Shown in pieces: positions 1 through 11,851 of a stretch of DNA of 64,000 bases (positions within the stretch are counted from its first letter, which is position 1; each line of letters opens with the position of its first letter). Source of the DNA: Guillardia theta CCMP2712 (lineage: Eukaryota > Protista > Cryptophyta). The notes beneath the pieces were generated by a model. That model saw only the letters and a program-made list of their open reading frames with translations, was not told where the DNA came from and ran no database searches. Position numbers and translations under genes: made by a program. Location: the NCBI RefSeq assembly GCF_000315625.1, contig NW_005434554.1:139869-203868 (forward strand), read 5' to 3'.

Positions 1-729
1 CACATTCTCATTGAACAAGTTCCCTCCCAGATCGAGGTGCTCCAGCCTGGTGCAGATGTAGAATGCATCCTGGAACGGCGCGATACTTGAGATGTCCAGG
101 TGTCCGAGGTCCAGCAAAGTCAAGTTTGGCAGGTCAGAGAGCATGACCAGAGTCTCTTCGATCCCTTGGTCTTGCAACCCACAATCAGACAACTTCAAGC
201 TGGTCAGTTCTGTATTCTCGGACAAGACCCTGATCAACGTCGTACTAGTCAGATCCTCCCGCCTCAGTTCGCTCGCGCACTCAAAGTAGTCCTGGTCTGT
301 TGAGCCGTCTACCCATTCTTGAAAGCCGGTTGAAATATCCAGCTCTGTCAGTTTGCACTTGGCTCTTGCCACGATGTTCTCGAGTCTTTCGTCATTCAGA
401 GGGATCAGGGCAGGCCATCGAAATCTCCTCCAAAACTGATCTGATTCTAGAAGCTGAGCCCACCTTTTGCATACACACCGAGCTACAACATGTAGGCAAT
501 GTTCAGTCGTGAAATGAATAATCAGCAAATCGCATGCCAGGAGAAATTGGACTACAATTAGGAATGATGCTCACAAAGGAATTATTGATCAGGACAGAAG
601 ACACCTACCTCGCAGAAGCGCAGGGATATTTAGTTCGAGCTCTTGCAAACATATCGCGAGCTCCTCGTCTCTCATAGACACATTCATGCTTGTTTCCCCT
701 TCCGTCTTGCTCAGCCTGTGTAATCTCAT
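1..729 (-). CDS. F-box / leucine-rich repeat protein (3' end runs off window)
   Basis: Manual minus-strand translation with one intron (~483-608) gives MRDEELAICLQELELNIPALLRARCVCKRWAQLLESDQFWRRF (F-box), then LRR units LTSLKLSDCGL, LPNLTLLDLGHL and LEHLDLGGNLF. Not in the ORF track because there is no stop in the window. Confidence 0.8.
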
Positions 730-794
730 GAGTCTGAAACAGTGGAGTCTGTTCAGTTCCAATCTAATGAGGGTTTCTCCTCCTTATCATCTTA

Positions 795-915
795 CTCCTC
801 TCCTCTCCTCTCCTCTCCTCTCCTCTCCTCTCCTCTCCTCTCCTCTCCTCTCCTCTCCTCTCCTCTCCTCTCCTCTCTTCTCCTCTCATCTCCTCTCCTC
901 TCCTCTCCTCTCCTC
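795..915. repeat. (TCTCC)n pentanucleotide microsatellite
   Basis: Direct reading of the sequence; explains the spurious LLSSP/EERRG ORFs. Confidence 0.95.
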
Positions 916-2319
916 TTGCCTGGCTTCCTTTCGTCGCAATGGTCTCTCGTTGCGCCCGCTCGCAGCATGACACTGATCTCCATGTTGCCAAAGAAACGGC
1001 TCTGGTTGCGAGCGTAACGTATTATTTAGACTGGGTGGGTGTTGGCGAACACCCGTCCTGTGCCGTTGCTACGGTAGGACAGTGGTAAAATAGTGGGGTC
1101 ATGATAGGATATTTGAGGGGTGTAAATAGTAATGGGTGGGTACTGGCTCCGTTTGGGGTACATGGAATTCTACTAGATGGGGGTGGGGGTTATGGATGGG
1201 CTTCGGGGAAACAGGATTGTGAAGAATATTTCAAAATATATTATGAATTTTCAACAATATAATAAAATTGTATTCAAATTTGTCTCCAGAAATGTGAAAT
1301 TGTTGGGGAGGTCTTGCTTTGTAGTCATGTGGGTGGGAATCATTTGGGGGCTAGGGGTACTTTTTGTACCCACCCTTGATACTGTGAAAATATGAATAAA
1401 GTACCGGTGATCCCTAGAATGGACTAGCCGGTATCGTTATGGATGGGTAGGCCAGGACGAGAGAGGGTGTAGAGCAAAGTTGAGGGTAGGGGTGGTCCTT
1501 GCAAGGCTCAAGAGGTAGGGTGATAACGGAAAGGAGGGGTACAGAATACAAACGGGGGTGATCGTTCCATGGTGGGTGGTTTATCTCTGTATGACCCCCT
1601 ACATTTGGGTTATATTGAATGATTTTTAGTAGGTGAGGGTACTTCGGGAGTTTCTGTAAGGACGATAACGGGTGGGTTTGTGGAAATGTACGGTAGGGGT
1701 ACTTTTAGAGGAAGTAAAGGTTTGGGTAGGGTCGTAGGCAGAAGTGCTGGGGGTAGGGGGTAGTGGTGGGATGGGGGCTCATGACATGCAAGCATATTGA
1801 GGAATGCTGGGAAGGAGGGCGAAAAAAAATGAAGAGGAGGGGAGGAGAGGGGAGAGAGGAGAGGAGAGGAGAGGAGAGAGGGAGAGAGGTTTTCTAGAGG
1901 ATATGCGAGGCGAGGCGAGGCCGAACCAGCTGAGGTGATCCAAGTTCCGAGCTGGTCAAAGTGAAGCAGAGATCAGATGGAACTTACCAAACTTGACAAG
2001 GAGTTTCTGTGAGTGGTGAGAGATGAGAGGCATGGGTTGAAAGATGATAGGAACAAGATGATGAAGAAAACTTGAAGTGAAGGCATTGAAGGCACTGAGG
2101 AAGGACCGGAAGCCATAGAAGCTAGCAGCACATCGCTGGCAGAGATTAGGTATCATCGCAGGGGAAGCGAGCAGCAAGGATGGGTGGCTTCCGAGCATGC
2201 AGCTCTACCCATAGGAACGCACATTCCGTGTGCTGTCCCCATTTTCCTGTCGCAAGGCTCAATCTGACTCGAGCTCTCGTGCTCTGATCAGGACCAGCGT
2301 TCTTGGACCTCCTTCGGCC

Positions 2320-5300
2320 ATGGAGTTCTTAAAGAAGGGAGTGCAGGCTGCGAAGAAAGTCGGGTCACAGGCTGTGAGCCAATTGATGGATGTAATTCAT
2401 CTCCTCCCTCTCTCCTTCCTCTCTTCCTCCTCCCCTTCGCTGAGTGCTGAATGCCTCAGGCGGTTGATGAGAACTCGACGACGTCCCTCGGCCTTGGCAC
2501 CTCCTCCAACGACGTGGAGTTCGAAGCTGGAGTCAAGCACTTCATGACGCTGAACAACTCTCTCAAGCAAATCGGCACCAAGGCGCAGGCGCTGATTCAA
2601 TCCATCCGCTCCCAAGGACAGGTAACGGACAGCTCTCGCACCTTCCTTCGCGCCCTTATGTTCAGCTTTGCCACTGTCAAGCACCTGGCTCTCGCTCTAG
2701 GATCGTGCTGACTGGCGTCGCAGAATGCTCTTGGAGTTGTTGAGCTGGTGGAGGCTTCTCTTGAGATGGAGTTTGGAGAAGACAGCATGTGGACAAATGC
2801 AGCGTACAAGCTGAGAAGCTTGAACCAGCAGGTCGATGCTTGTTGGTAGGCCGTGAGCTCGTCCTGAAATGCGATCCGTGCACAGATTGATGGGAAGTTT
2901 AACCAGCAGCTCTGTACACTGCTGCAGAGAGATATCCTGGACAAGATAAGCGCAGAACTGGAAACAAACTCTCAGACCAAAATGTTTATCGATCAACGAA
3001 GGTCGATGAAGGAGGCAACGAAGTAAGGCGCCGCTGTAGACTGCAGTCTTTTGTCCTTACCCAGATCCTCCTCTTGCCCCTCCCCTTCTTCCGCGCCCTC
3101 CCTCCCCTTCTTCCGCGTCCTCCCCTCTGACTCGCTGGAATCTCTCAGGGCGGAGGCTGACGATGCTCTCCACAAGCTTGCAGCCATCATCAGGTGATGG
3201 AGCGCAATGGCAAGTGAACCACAGCTGCAGCTGACTCGCATGCAGGAGGAGGAACATGCTGCTGGCTCATCTGGTGACTGTGTTCATGTCGCACCAGTAC
3301 AACTACTACGTCCGGCTCGCTGATCAGTGCCAGCACCTTCGACAGGTGAGACGAAGGCCGGGAGAAGTTGGAGGGCAGCTGCTGACCCCGGCCTGCTTCC
3401 CAGCTCACCGTGGAGTGCAAGGAGCTCCTCAACGGAGCATCGAGTGACGTGCACACGCCTCCAACTCAGTCCGCTGTCCCCAACCACGTCCAGCAAATCC
3501 CTCCGATGCCCAAGGAAACGCCGCAGGACCCGAACGGGAACGCGGCTGTCCCTGCGAAGGTGGAGGAGGCGGCGGCCCCTGTTGTTCAGAAGGAAGTCCA
3601 GGAGGCGCCCTTGCCCACTCCAGCTGAGGAGAAGCCGGCGAAGGAGGAGGCGAAGGAGGCAGATCTGCTGTCCATGCTGGACTCTGATCAGCCGGCAGAG
3701 ACAGAAAAGGCGAACAGCAACGGGGGCCCGAGGAGACTCTCGCAGGAAGCAAGTCAGGCCGACAGGCAGCAGGAGACCGCTGACCTGCTAGGAGAAGCTT
3801 CCTCTGCTGTCCCCCAGTCCACCGACCTCCTGGGAGACCTCCTCTCTGAACCTCAGGTACTCCCTCCCTCTCCTGTCTCGCACCGCCTCAGCCCCCGTCA
3901 GGTCAGGAGCGCTCCTCCCAAGAACAATCCGCAGGACGACCTTCTGGGCGACTTCACGAGCTCCGCGCCCTCACGAGCGAAGCCGAAGCCCTCCGGTCCT
4001 GCCGATGACCTCCTCGACTTCTCCTCTACCAAGGCTTCTACCCCCGCCGATCCTCTTGCTGACTTCTTCGGTAATGCCCGCTGGTGGTTCCGTGCAGTCC
4101 CCACCTCCTCCTCGCCGCTGATCAGGCTCCTCTACTTGCCACTCCTCCTGCTCTCTCGCTGTGCTCTAGATAGCATCGCTGTCCTTCGTTGTCCCCTCCT
4201 CGTACATCAAGATCACAGAGGTTGACTACCCTGCAGGGCATAGCACGAGCTCGACCAAGGCGAACAAAGACCCGATCTTCGTGAGTGCTCCTCCTCTCTC
4301 CCGCAACCTTGTTCCCCCCCCCCCCCCCTCACCTCCTCCTTCCCCTTCACTTCTCTCGCTCACCGATGCAGCAGGACGTGTTCAACAATAGCGATATGCT
4401 CGGTGGAATGGGCAATGGCGACTCGCCCGTGGTCGGTGGCGACGAGGAGCCGTTGAAGCCCGTGGCGAGAGGCGCGAGATTCCGAGCAGGCGACGAGTTT
4501 AAGGGGACAGGAACCAACAGGTGGGAGTTGCAGAGGGAGAGGAGCAGGAGCAGGAAGAGGAGGAGGAGCAGGAGGAGGGAAGATATCGTGTTGGGGACGC
4601 GTTGAGGTAGAGGAGAAGGGTCTGACGGCTCTGGGGGTGCAGGGAGGAGCTACAACGGCAGTTCGAGCAGCACATTGCAGAGAAAGCGCAGGCAAAGGCG
4701 GAGGAAGTTCGAAGGCAAGAGGAAGATAAGAAGAATTACGAAGACATGAAGTTTCAGGCACAGGTAAAAAATGAGCATATCTCCTTGTGACGACCATATC
4801 TGAGTGAATTCTCTCTCCCCCCTCTCTCTTTTGCTCTTGTTCTACCTGTTCTTCACCCATTCCTCCTCCTCCTACTCCTACTCCTACTCCTACTCCTACT
4901 CCTACTCCTACTCCTACTCCTCCTGCTCCCTACTTGCCAACCTGAACTTCTTTTCTCCATCCTCTCCGACGCTATAGGATATGGTGGATAAGAAGATTGT
5001 TGGCTGGGCTGGGCCGAAGCACAACCGAAAGAACCTTCGAGCGATGCTTGCTAGCTTCGACACGGTGAGGACCGCAGCCCTTCTCCCTCACTCCCTCCTC
5101 CTGTCGCTCTGTTGAGCCTCCTCCGCACCCTGCACTTCTGCTTCGCTTTTCTCCTCTCCTGCTGCCCCTGCTTTCCCCTCCTCCTCTCCTCAACTCCCTC
5201 CCCTCCCCCTTGTCTCTCCCTTCCTCTTCCACTTCCTCCTCCCTCTCACTTTCCCCCTCCCCCCTTGTGCTGCTCCATCGCTGGTATCTCTCACTCCCTC

Positions 5301-5820
5301 CTTCTTTGGCTTCAGGTCCTATGGGACGAGGCCAAGGCCAAGTGGAAGACCGTCGGGCTGCACGAGCTTGTCATGCCTGCCGATGTCAAGAAGATCCACA
5401 GGAAGGCCATTCTCATCGTACATCCTGGTAGGAGCTCGACTAACTCCCCTCTCCTCCCCCCCCTTCCTTTCCTCCTGCGATCTTTTTCTTCTCCCTCCTC
5501 CTTCTGCCCTTCTTCAACCTGTCATGATGTTTCTCTGGCGTTCCCATTCTCCCTCCTCTTCCCCTCCTTCTACCCTCCTCCTCCTTTCCCTCATCTCTGC
5601 TCCTATCCTCCGCTTACAAACCCTACGATCTCCCTTCATGCTCTATCTCATGGCTCTTCCGCCCTCCCTCTCCTCGCTCCCTGTCTTCCCCTCCTTGCTC
5701 ACGGGCTCTCTCGCAGACAAAGTTCACAACGCTTCCATCGAGGCGAAGATCCTCGCAGAGCAGGTGCATGCGGTGCTGCATGAGGCCTTGGAGACCTTCA
5801 GGAAACAGGAGTCGTGTTAA
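2320..5820 (+). CDS. Multi-exon BAR-domain / auxilin-like J-domain protein
   Basis: N-terminal helical exons (NDVEFEAGVKHFMTLNNSLK ... FMSHQYNYYVRL) are BAR-like. The middle region has DLL/DLLGDF/DPLADFF motifs. The C-terminus GWAGPKHNRKNLRAMLASFDT-VLWDEAKAKWKTVGLHELVMPADVKKIHRKAILIVHPDKVHNASIEAKILAEQVHAVLHEALETF is an auxilin-type J domain with HPD (split by an intron). Confidence 0.85.
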
Positions 5821-6517
5821 GGCGAGGAGGGAGGCGCTTGTTTGTTTGTGGAGGAGGAGGAGGAGGAGGAGGAGGAGGAGACGAGGGAACAAAAGTTATC
5901 ACTTTCTGGTGACTTTATTGCTAACGGAACCGCATCCTCCTCGCTGCTGCAACAGCACGAGCAGCCATCATCATTGGTTTCGACCTCCATCGCNNNNNNN
6001 NNNNNNNNNNNNNNNNNNNNNNNNNNNNNNNNNNNNNNNNNNNNNNNNNNNNNNNNNNNNNNNNNNNNNNNNNNNNNNNNNNNNNNNNNNNNNGGGCAGG
6101 CACGAGACTGAAGGAGGGGAAATCAACAGTTGCGTAGCTTCGGCTGAGAAAAGGTACTTTAAAAACCTTTCTTACTGTTATCCTGTGAAAGCAGTGTAGA
6201 AAGTAAATTTTTGTATCTAGTCTACAGGCACAACAGCGCTCGCTGCTCCTTTGTTTCGGCTCTGTTGTACATGAAGATTGGGGGCTTCTTCCTTGTCGAT
6301 GATTACAGCACTGCTGAAAAGCCGAAGCACGCAAGCGAAGAAAGCGCGCAGGCCGCCAATCAAACGAACCCGAGCGTATCCATCCCACTCTCAAATCGCC
6401 GAATCAAGTTTCAACTCGTCCAACTAAACTACATTCAGTGCAGCCCCGGTGATCTGGCTTCCGGCCGCCAGGCCCGGGCCCGCTACAAGCCTAGCCCTCC
6501 AGCTAGCGTAATGGTAG

Positions 6518-6737
6518 TCAACCATCACCGATCATCCGAAACTCCTCCTCCTCCTCCTCCTCCTCCTCCTCCTCCTCCTCCTCCTCCTCCTCCTCCTCCT
6601 CCTCCTCCTCCTCCTCCCTTTCTCGATGGGGCGATTCCATCATGGTGCTCATCCTCCTCCCCCCGTACGGCGTCGCATGTTCAACGGCGCGCTGTGCTAG
6701 CAAAAGAGGATTCCTGCCCCTTCCATCTCCCAGCGTG

Positions 6738-6770
<33 letters not shown>

Positions 6771-8776
6771 GGTGCCTCCTCCCCTGTCGGGACCCAACGC
6801 TCCACAAGCACTCGGCGGGCTGCAAGGCTGGAGGAGGGGACAAGGAGAGCAGGGGAGGGGACAAGGAGAGCAGAGGAGGTGGGAGGGATGATCTCAGCAG
6901 AGGGGAGAGGGGCGAGATGGATCATGGGCTGGTCTCTATACGCTATCGCCGTCTGTTCCCCGCTCGGATACCCCGGGAGCAATCCTTCAGTTTGGCTCTC
7001 AGAGGCCCTCGGGGTTGGCAGCGGCAAGGAGAAGGAGTCGACCATCTCCTTGGCTCCTTCCCTTGTCTTCCACGGCCCCTTCGTCTGTGCTTGCCCGCTC
7101 CATCTCTCGCTCTTCTTCTTCTGTTCCTCCAGCACTTTCTTCCAGAAGTTTGGAACTTGCAGCTGCTCCTGCTGCCTTTTGACTCCTCCCTGCTGCTTCA
7201 TAGTCCCTTCGACACCCATCTGTTGATCCTGCTGCTGCTTCCCCTGCTCGTGCTTTACAGCTTGAGGTCTATTCCCATTCTGCAAATTCCGCTGCTGCTG
7301 CTGCTGCTGCTTCTTACCGAGAACGTCGGCTAGCCGCCGCAAGTACGCGGAAACGTTATGCAGCTCTCGCCACATCCTCTCATCCTCACCAACCGATACA
7401 TTTTGCGATGCTGTTGACGATAAAGGAGGTGTTGTTTCTGTTGTTGCTGTTGCTGTTGCTGTTGCTGTTGATGGTGGTGCCAACTCCCCCTTTTCGTCTC
7501 GAGAGATCCAGCAGCTTCTATCAACGAGCATGGGCATGAAACTGTCGTCGCAAGGCAGAAAGCCTGGGGGCAGCCAGGAGGTTTCATTTGTGTTGATGTT
7601 GGAGAAGAACACCCGACCCTCAGGGTCGTTCATCGCCATCCATCCATCCTACACGTCAAGATCATCGAACGCACAATAGAAGACAAACAACTCAGCACCG
7701 TGAGCACCACAGGAGCGAATCTTTCCTCTCCCCCCTTCCGCACGAATTGCCATCCAGGAAACACGTTGTAGCCCCAGCGCGACTGATTATGCTGTTCTCT
7801 GCTGGTCTGGTTGATTCCAGCCTGCTTGAAGAGTCAAGACACTTTCCGTCAAGTTGATCGTCAGCACCTTCGAGTGATGAATTTCGCTGATCAAGTTGTG
7901 CAAAGAGTCGGAGATCTGCTTGAAATATCCTCTTTCCTCGTCCATAAAAGTTTTCTTTGAATTCAACTCGAGGGTTCGGTTTTGTGAGATTTGCATCAGG
8001 ACAGCTATGTACTCTTCAAGTGTCTTGGTCATCTTCTCGCTCCTCCCCAACATAGAAGCCACTACCCTCACCTATAGGAATAGTTACCTCCGCACAAACC
8101 CTCGTTCATGGCAACGTCAAACCGTATGTTGCAGAGCAGTCTCGTTCTTCTTGGCGCGGTGCAATGAACGCCAAAGTTTCGCTACTTCAACCTCACTGTC
8201 GTTGTACAGTCTCTCCATGCTCTCTTCCTTCGCCACCAACTTGTCGTTCATCTCCATCACCTCATGCATCTTGTTGTGTGAATCTATCAACCTGTGCTTC
8301 TCCTCATGAAGCTGGCTTTGCAAATCTTTCATTTCTGCACAGATGGAACTGATTCCCGATGTGTTCATCTCGCTAGCGCTCTCATCGCAGGAAAGCGGCT
8401 GATTCTGCTCAGCAGCAGTTTGTATGCTCCTGGATACAACGTTGGAAATTGCCCTTTTCAGCGCTGCCTGCGCCATCTGAGAGGCTTCCGGGTTCCCTGC
8501 GGCCTTGATCATCATCTGAATGGCCTCCACGAGGTCTGCATGCGATGAGTTCGACGAGGACAGCAGCCGGATAACGCGCGAGAGCAGCAGGTCCTCTCTC
8601 GACGGCTTGAAAACCCCTGGAGGACGGTGGTCAGTCACTGGGTCATGGCACTGCCGCAGGTGACGCTGCCCCATGGGCTGCGGCTCACCTTGCGTGTCTA
8701 GCCCGATCAGGAGCAGGCAGGCCATCAGCATCGCCCCCCCTACGCCCCTCACTCTCCCCGCCGCCCTCCCCGCCAT
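6518..8776 (-). CDS. Putative signal-peptide, coiled-coil and WW-domain protein (multi-exon; joining of exons uncertain)
   Basis: MAGRAAG...MLMACLLLIGL hydrophobic start at 8776; coiled-coil exons 7787-8500; WW motif GWMAMNDPEGRVFFSNINTNETSWLPP near 7570-7650; Q/E-rich tail. Confidence 0.55.
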
Positions 8777-8966
8777 GTCGGTTTCTATTCTCGGCGAGCT
8801 GTCAATGCCAATAAAACGGTTTGTAACGGTATAGAGCGGGGATGTGGTCCCGAAATCTGGGGAAATTTCTGGGGAAATTTCGGCTGGGAAATTTGGGGAA
8901 AGAGTGGGGAGGAGGGGAGGGGTCGTAACGGTGCAACGGACGGCGCGGAGGTGGGATGGCGCGGTA

Positions 8967-10570
8967 ATGGGGCTGAAGGAGGAGGCAGGAGAGGAGGAGA
9001 CACGACACAAGAGCAGGCGACCAGGTAGAACACAGCCGCCTGCATGCAGGTCAACAAACTTGAAGCATGGGGGCCATGATGGCGATAGCTCGAAGAAGGA
9101 GAAGAAGAATGCTGTGGGGGCTGCAGGAGGGGGGCAACAAATCCTGCAGGGCAAAGACAGGAAGGTGACCATCGCTCGGGTGCTATGGGAGAAGGAAGGA
9201 GAAGGAAACGGTTGGGATCAAGTGAAAAGTTTCGATGAGCAGCAACAGTGCGAGTTGCTGTTTCGCTATGCCAGGTTTGCAGAGGCGTATCTGGCAGCGA
9301 AAAGGTGCCGAAAGAAGGGCACGTCGGTGAAGGTGAACGTTCCAGTCGTTTACAACAGCAAGCTCGTTCCCATCGACTTCGGGAGGCCTTCTGAGTGGAG
9401 ATCGGGAGTAGCATCTCGCGTCCTGTCCAACGAACTGAGAGTTGCCACCATCATCTTCGACCATAAGGACGATTGGGCAGACGAAGGCTATCAGCTTGAC
9501 GACGTGCTTGCCCAAGATACAAGACATGTATGGATTGGATGTGAGGCAGATACGCATGACGGAGGTCTTCGATACCAAGAAGACCGCTCAGTCAAGGTTC
9601 AGATCATGAACAACAATCCGAAATTCCCCGAGCTGTTGGATATCACTATGCCAGATTTGTCGTTTTTTGCTGTTTTCGATGGGCATGGAGGCGAAGGTAC
9701 GGTAGATTTTGTACAAGATCACCTGCCAAAGAATTTTGCGAAAGAGTTGAGGAAGTGCCTGAACAGAAAGCTGCGAGGCAGGTTCAGCACATGCCTGGCC
9801 ACCGCGCTGAAGCAGGCATTCAAGTTAACGGACAACGTGATCAAAGAGATGATAGATTCCAGGGAATGGGAAGAGCAATCGGTCCAAGGCACCAAGACTT
9901 GCATGGATTCTAGTGGTGCGGCGGCTGTCGCTGCCGTCCTGTGCGGTCGCGAGCTCGTGATCGCGCATGTTGGGGACTGCCGAGCGGTGATGTCGGATAA
10001 GCAGGGCAAGTCGAAGCTCCTGACCAAGGACCACACTTATTACAACATCGAAGAGCGCGAGCGAGTCGAGAGTATCGGAGGAAGCTGGGAACACTCTCGT
10101 CTCAACTCCATACTGGGGGTCTCACGTGCGTTCGGCGACTTCTGCTTCCAGACTAGGGCTAAGGTGGCTGGACTCTCCGCTGAGCCGGAGATCTTCCAGA
10201 CGAGCATAACAGACGAGCACGAGCTGCTGCTGCTGGCCTCTGATGGCTTCTGGTCGGAAGAGAACAGTCAGGGTTTCGGTTTCAGAGACTCTGCGGAGGC
10301 GGTCACGTGCCTTAGGGCGCACCTGCAACGGAACAACAACGACCTGAAGGACGCGCTCAAGCTCGCCATCTCCCGTGCGGTGAAGTGCAGCGAGACCGAC
10401 AACACGACGGGGATTCTCATCTCCTTTCATAAGCTGGAACAGGTCTGACTGACACGCTCTGGTTGTTTGCTGGTGATGACCTTGTGCTTCAGGAATCTTT
10501 TAAACCCATCTCGTTCCCCAAAGAGCGTCCAAGGTTCTTCTGCAAACCTTCCCGTTCCACGGAAGCCTAG
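8967..10570 (+). CDS. Protein phosphatase 2C (PPM family)
   Basis: Motifs RYQEDR, FAVFDGHGG, AHVGDCRAV, LGVSRAFGD, LLASDGFW and DNTT. A short final intron at ~10443-10492 extends the frame to TAG at 10570. Confidence 0.93.
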
Positions 10571-11250
10571 GCTTAGCGTTCATGTTTATATCTCTTGAAG
10601 CTGCTCATCTCAACCTTGATGGCAGTCTCCAGGTTTTGCCACAGTTTGTGAGTGGTGGAGTTTTTGTTTGCACATATAGCAATACACTTCACTGAATTCA
10701 CTCGTTCTCAACGATGTGCTACATTTAACGACAAGCCATCTGTGATAACTTCGAATATGACGACAACGAGATCTATGAAGAAGGAATGACGCTTGAGAGA
10801 AAGAGAGGGATAGGGAAAACAGCAGCACAATCCAGCTATTCCCGTTGCTGGCAGATACATAAGTCTGAACAATCACTCCGCATGTCCTACCCATTCAAAC
10901 TTCCCTGAATGATCAGGAGCATGTAAATATGAAAGATGCCATGGTACGACCAGGTGCCATCTACATATCAATGGAGTCGAAGAGAGTATCTGTTCGATCG
11001 TTCTCCGCTATGACCATACATCGATTCTTTCCTGCACAATAAACTCCTTATCGTTCACTCTCCACTCCTCCATCATCACCGCTTTCTCCTCCATCGTATC
11101 ATCTTCTCTCTTCTCTGTCACAACCTCACACTGAACATCTCCTTTCTCTCCCTCCCTCCCTCCCACCCACCCACCCTCCCTCCTCTCTCTCTCTCTCTCT
11201 GTCTCTGTCTCTGTCTCTGTCTCTCTCACTCACTCACTCTCACTCACTCA

Positions 11251-11285
<35 letters not shown>

Positions 11286-11851
11286 TCTCTCTCTGCACTG
11301 CTACTTCACGTCCCGCACTTCTTGCATCATCAACTGCATCATCGTCTGGGGCAACCGTAGCTACAGTCGGGGTTGCTGAACACTCCTAGTGGGTAGGGTG
11401 GTAGGAAAGTGAGGTGAAGTACCCTTGAAAAGACTATTAAAAGTAGGGTGGGTAGGTGATCGACGAGGGGTAGTATGAATGGTGGTTGGGAAATAGGCCT
11501 TCGATGCAGATTTTCCAACTGAGAGAAGGGGAGGGTGAGAGGAGAGGAGGAGGAGGAGGAGGAGGAGGAGCGACAGATGGACAAGAGAGACAGAGCGAGA
11601 GAAGAGTGAGAGCGGGAAAGGAAGAAGAGAATGCAGGCAAGGCCATACGACAGTGCGTAGATTGAGTGTCGTTGGAATGGAGAGCAGGCAAAGGACGAGG
11701 TGGACATGAGACCCTCAAGACTGTGAGACAAGAGGGTGAGGGAGAGAAAGACTGAATCGAGGAAGCAAACACAAGTGCGTCAGTGCGGAGGAGGGAGGAG
11801 AGCCTCGTCACGTATCGAGGCGGCGATACAAGGAAGCGAACAAGAGGCAAG

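Noticed and set aside
8777-9172. Overlapping antisense gene with PP2C (ORF 8117-9172)
   Set aside because: The extension depends on a far-upstream start; the plausible start is ATG 8776, just before the hydrophobic leader.
10600-11230. Small minus-strand gene between PP2C and the EML-like gene
   Set aside because: No consistent spliced frame or recognisable motif could be assembled.
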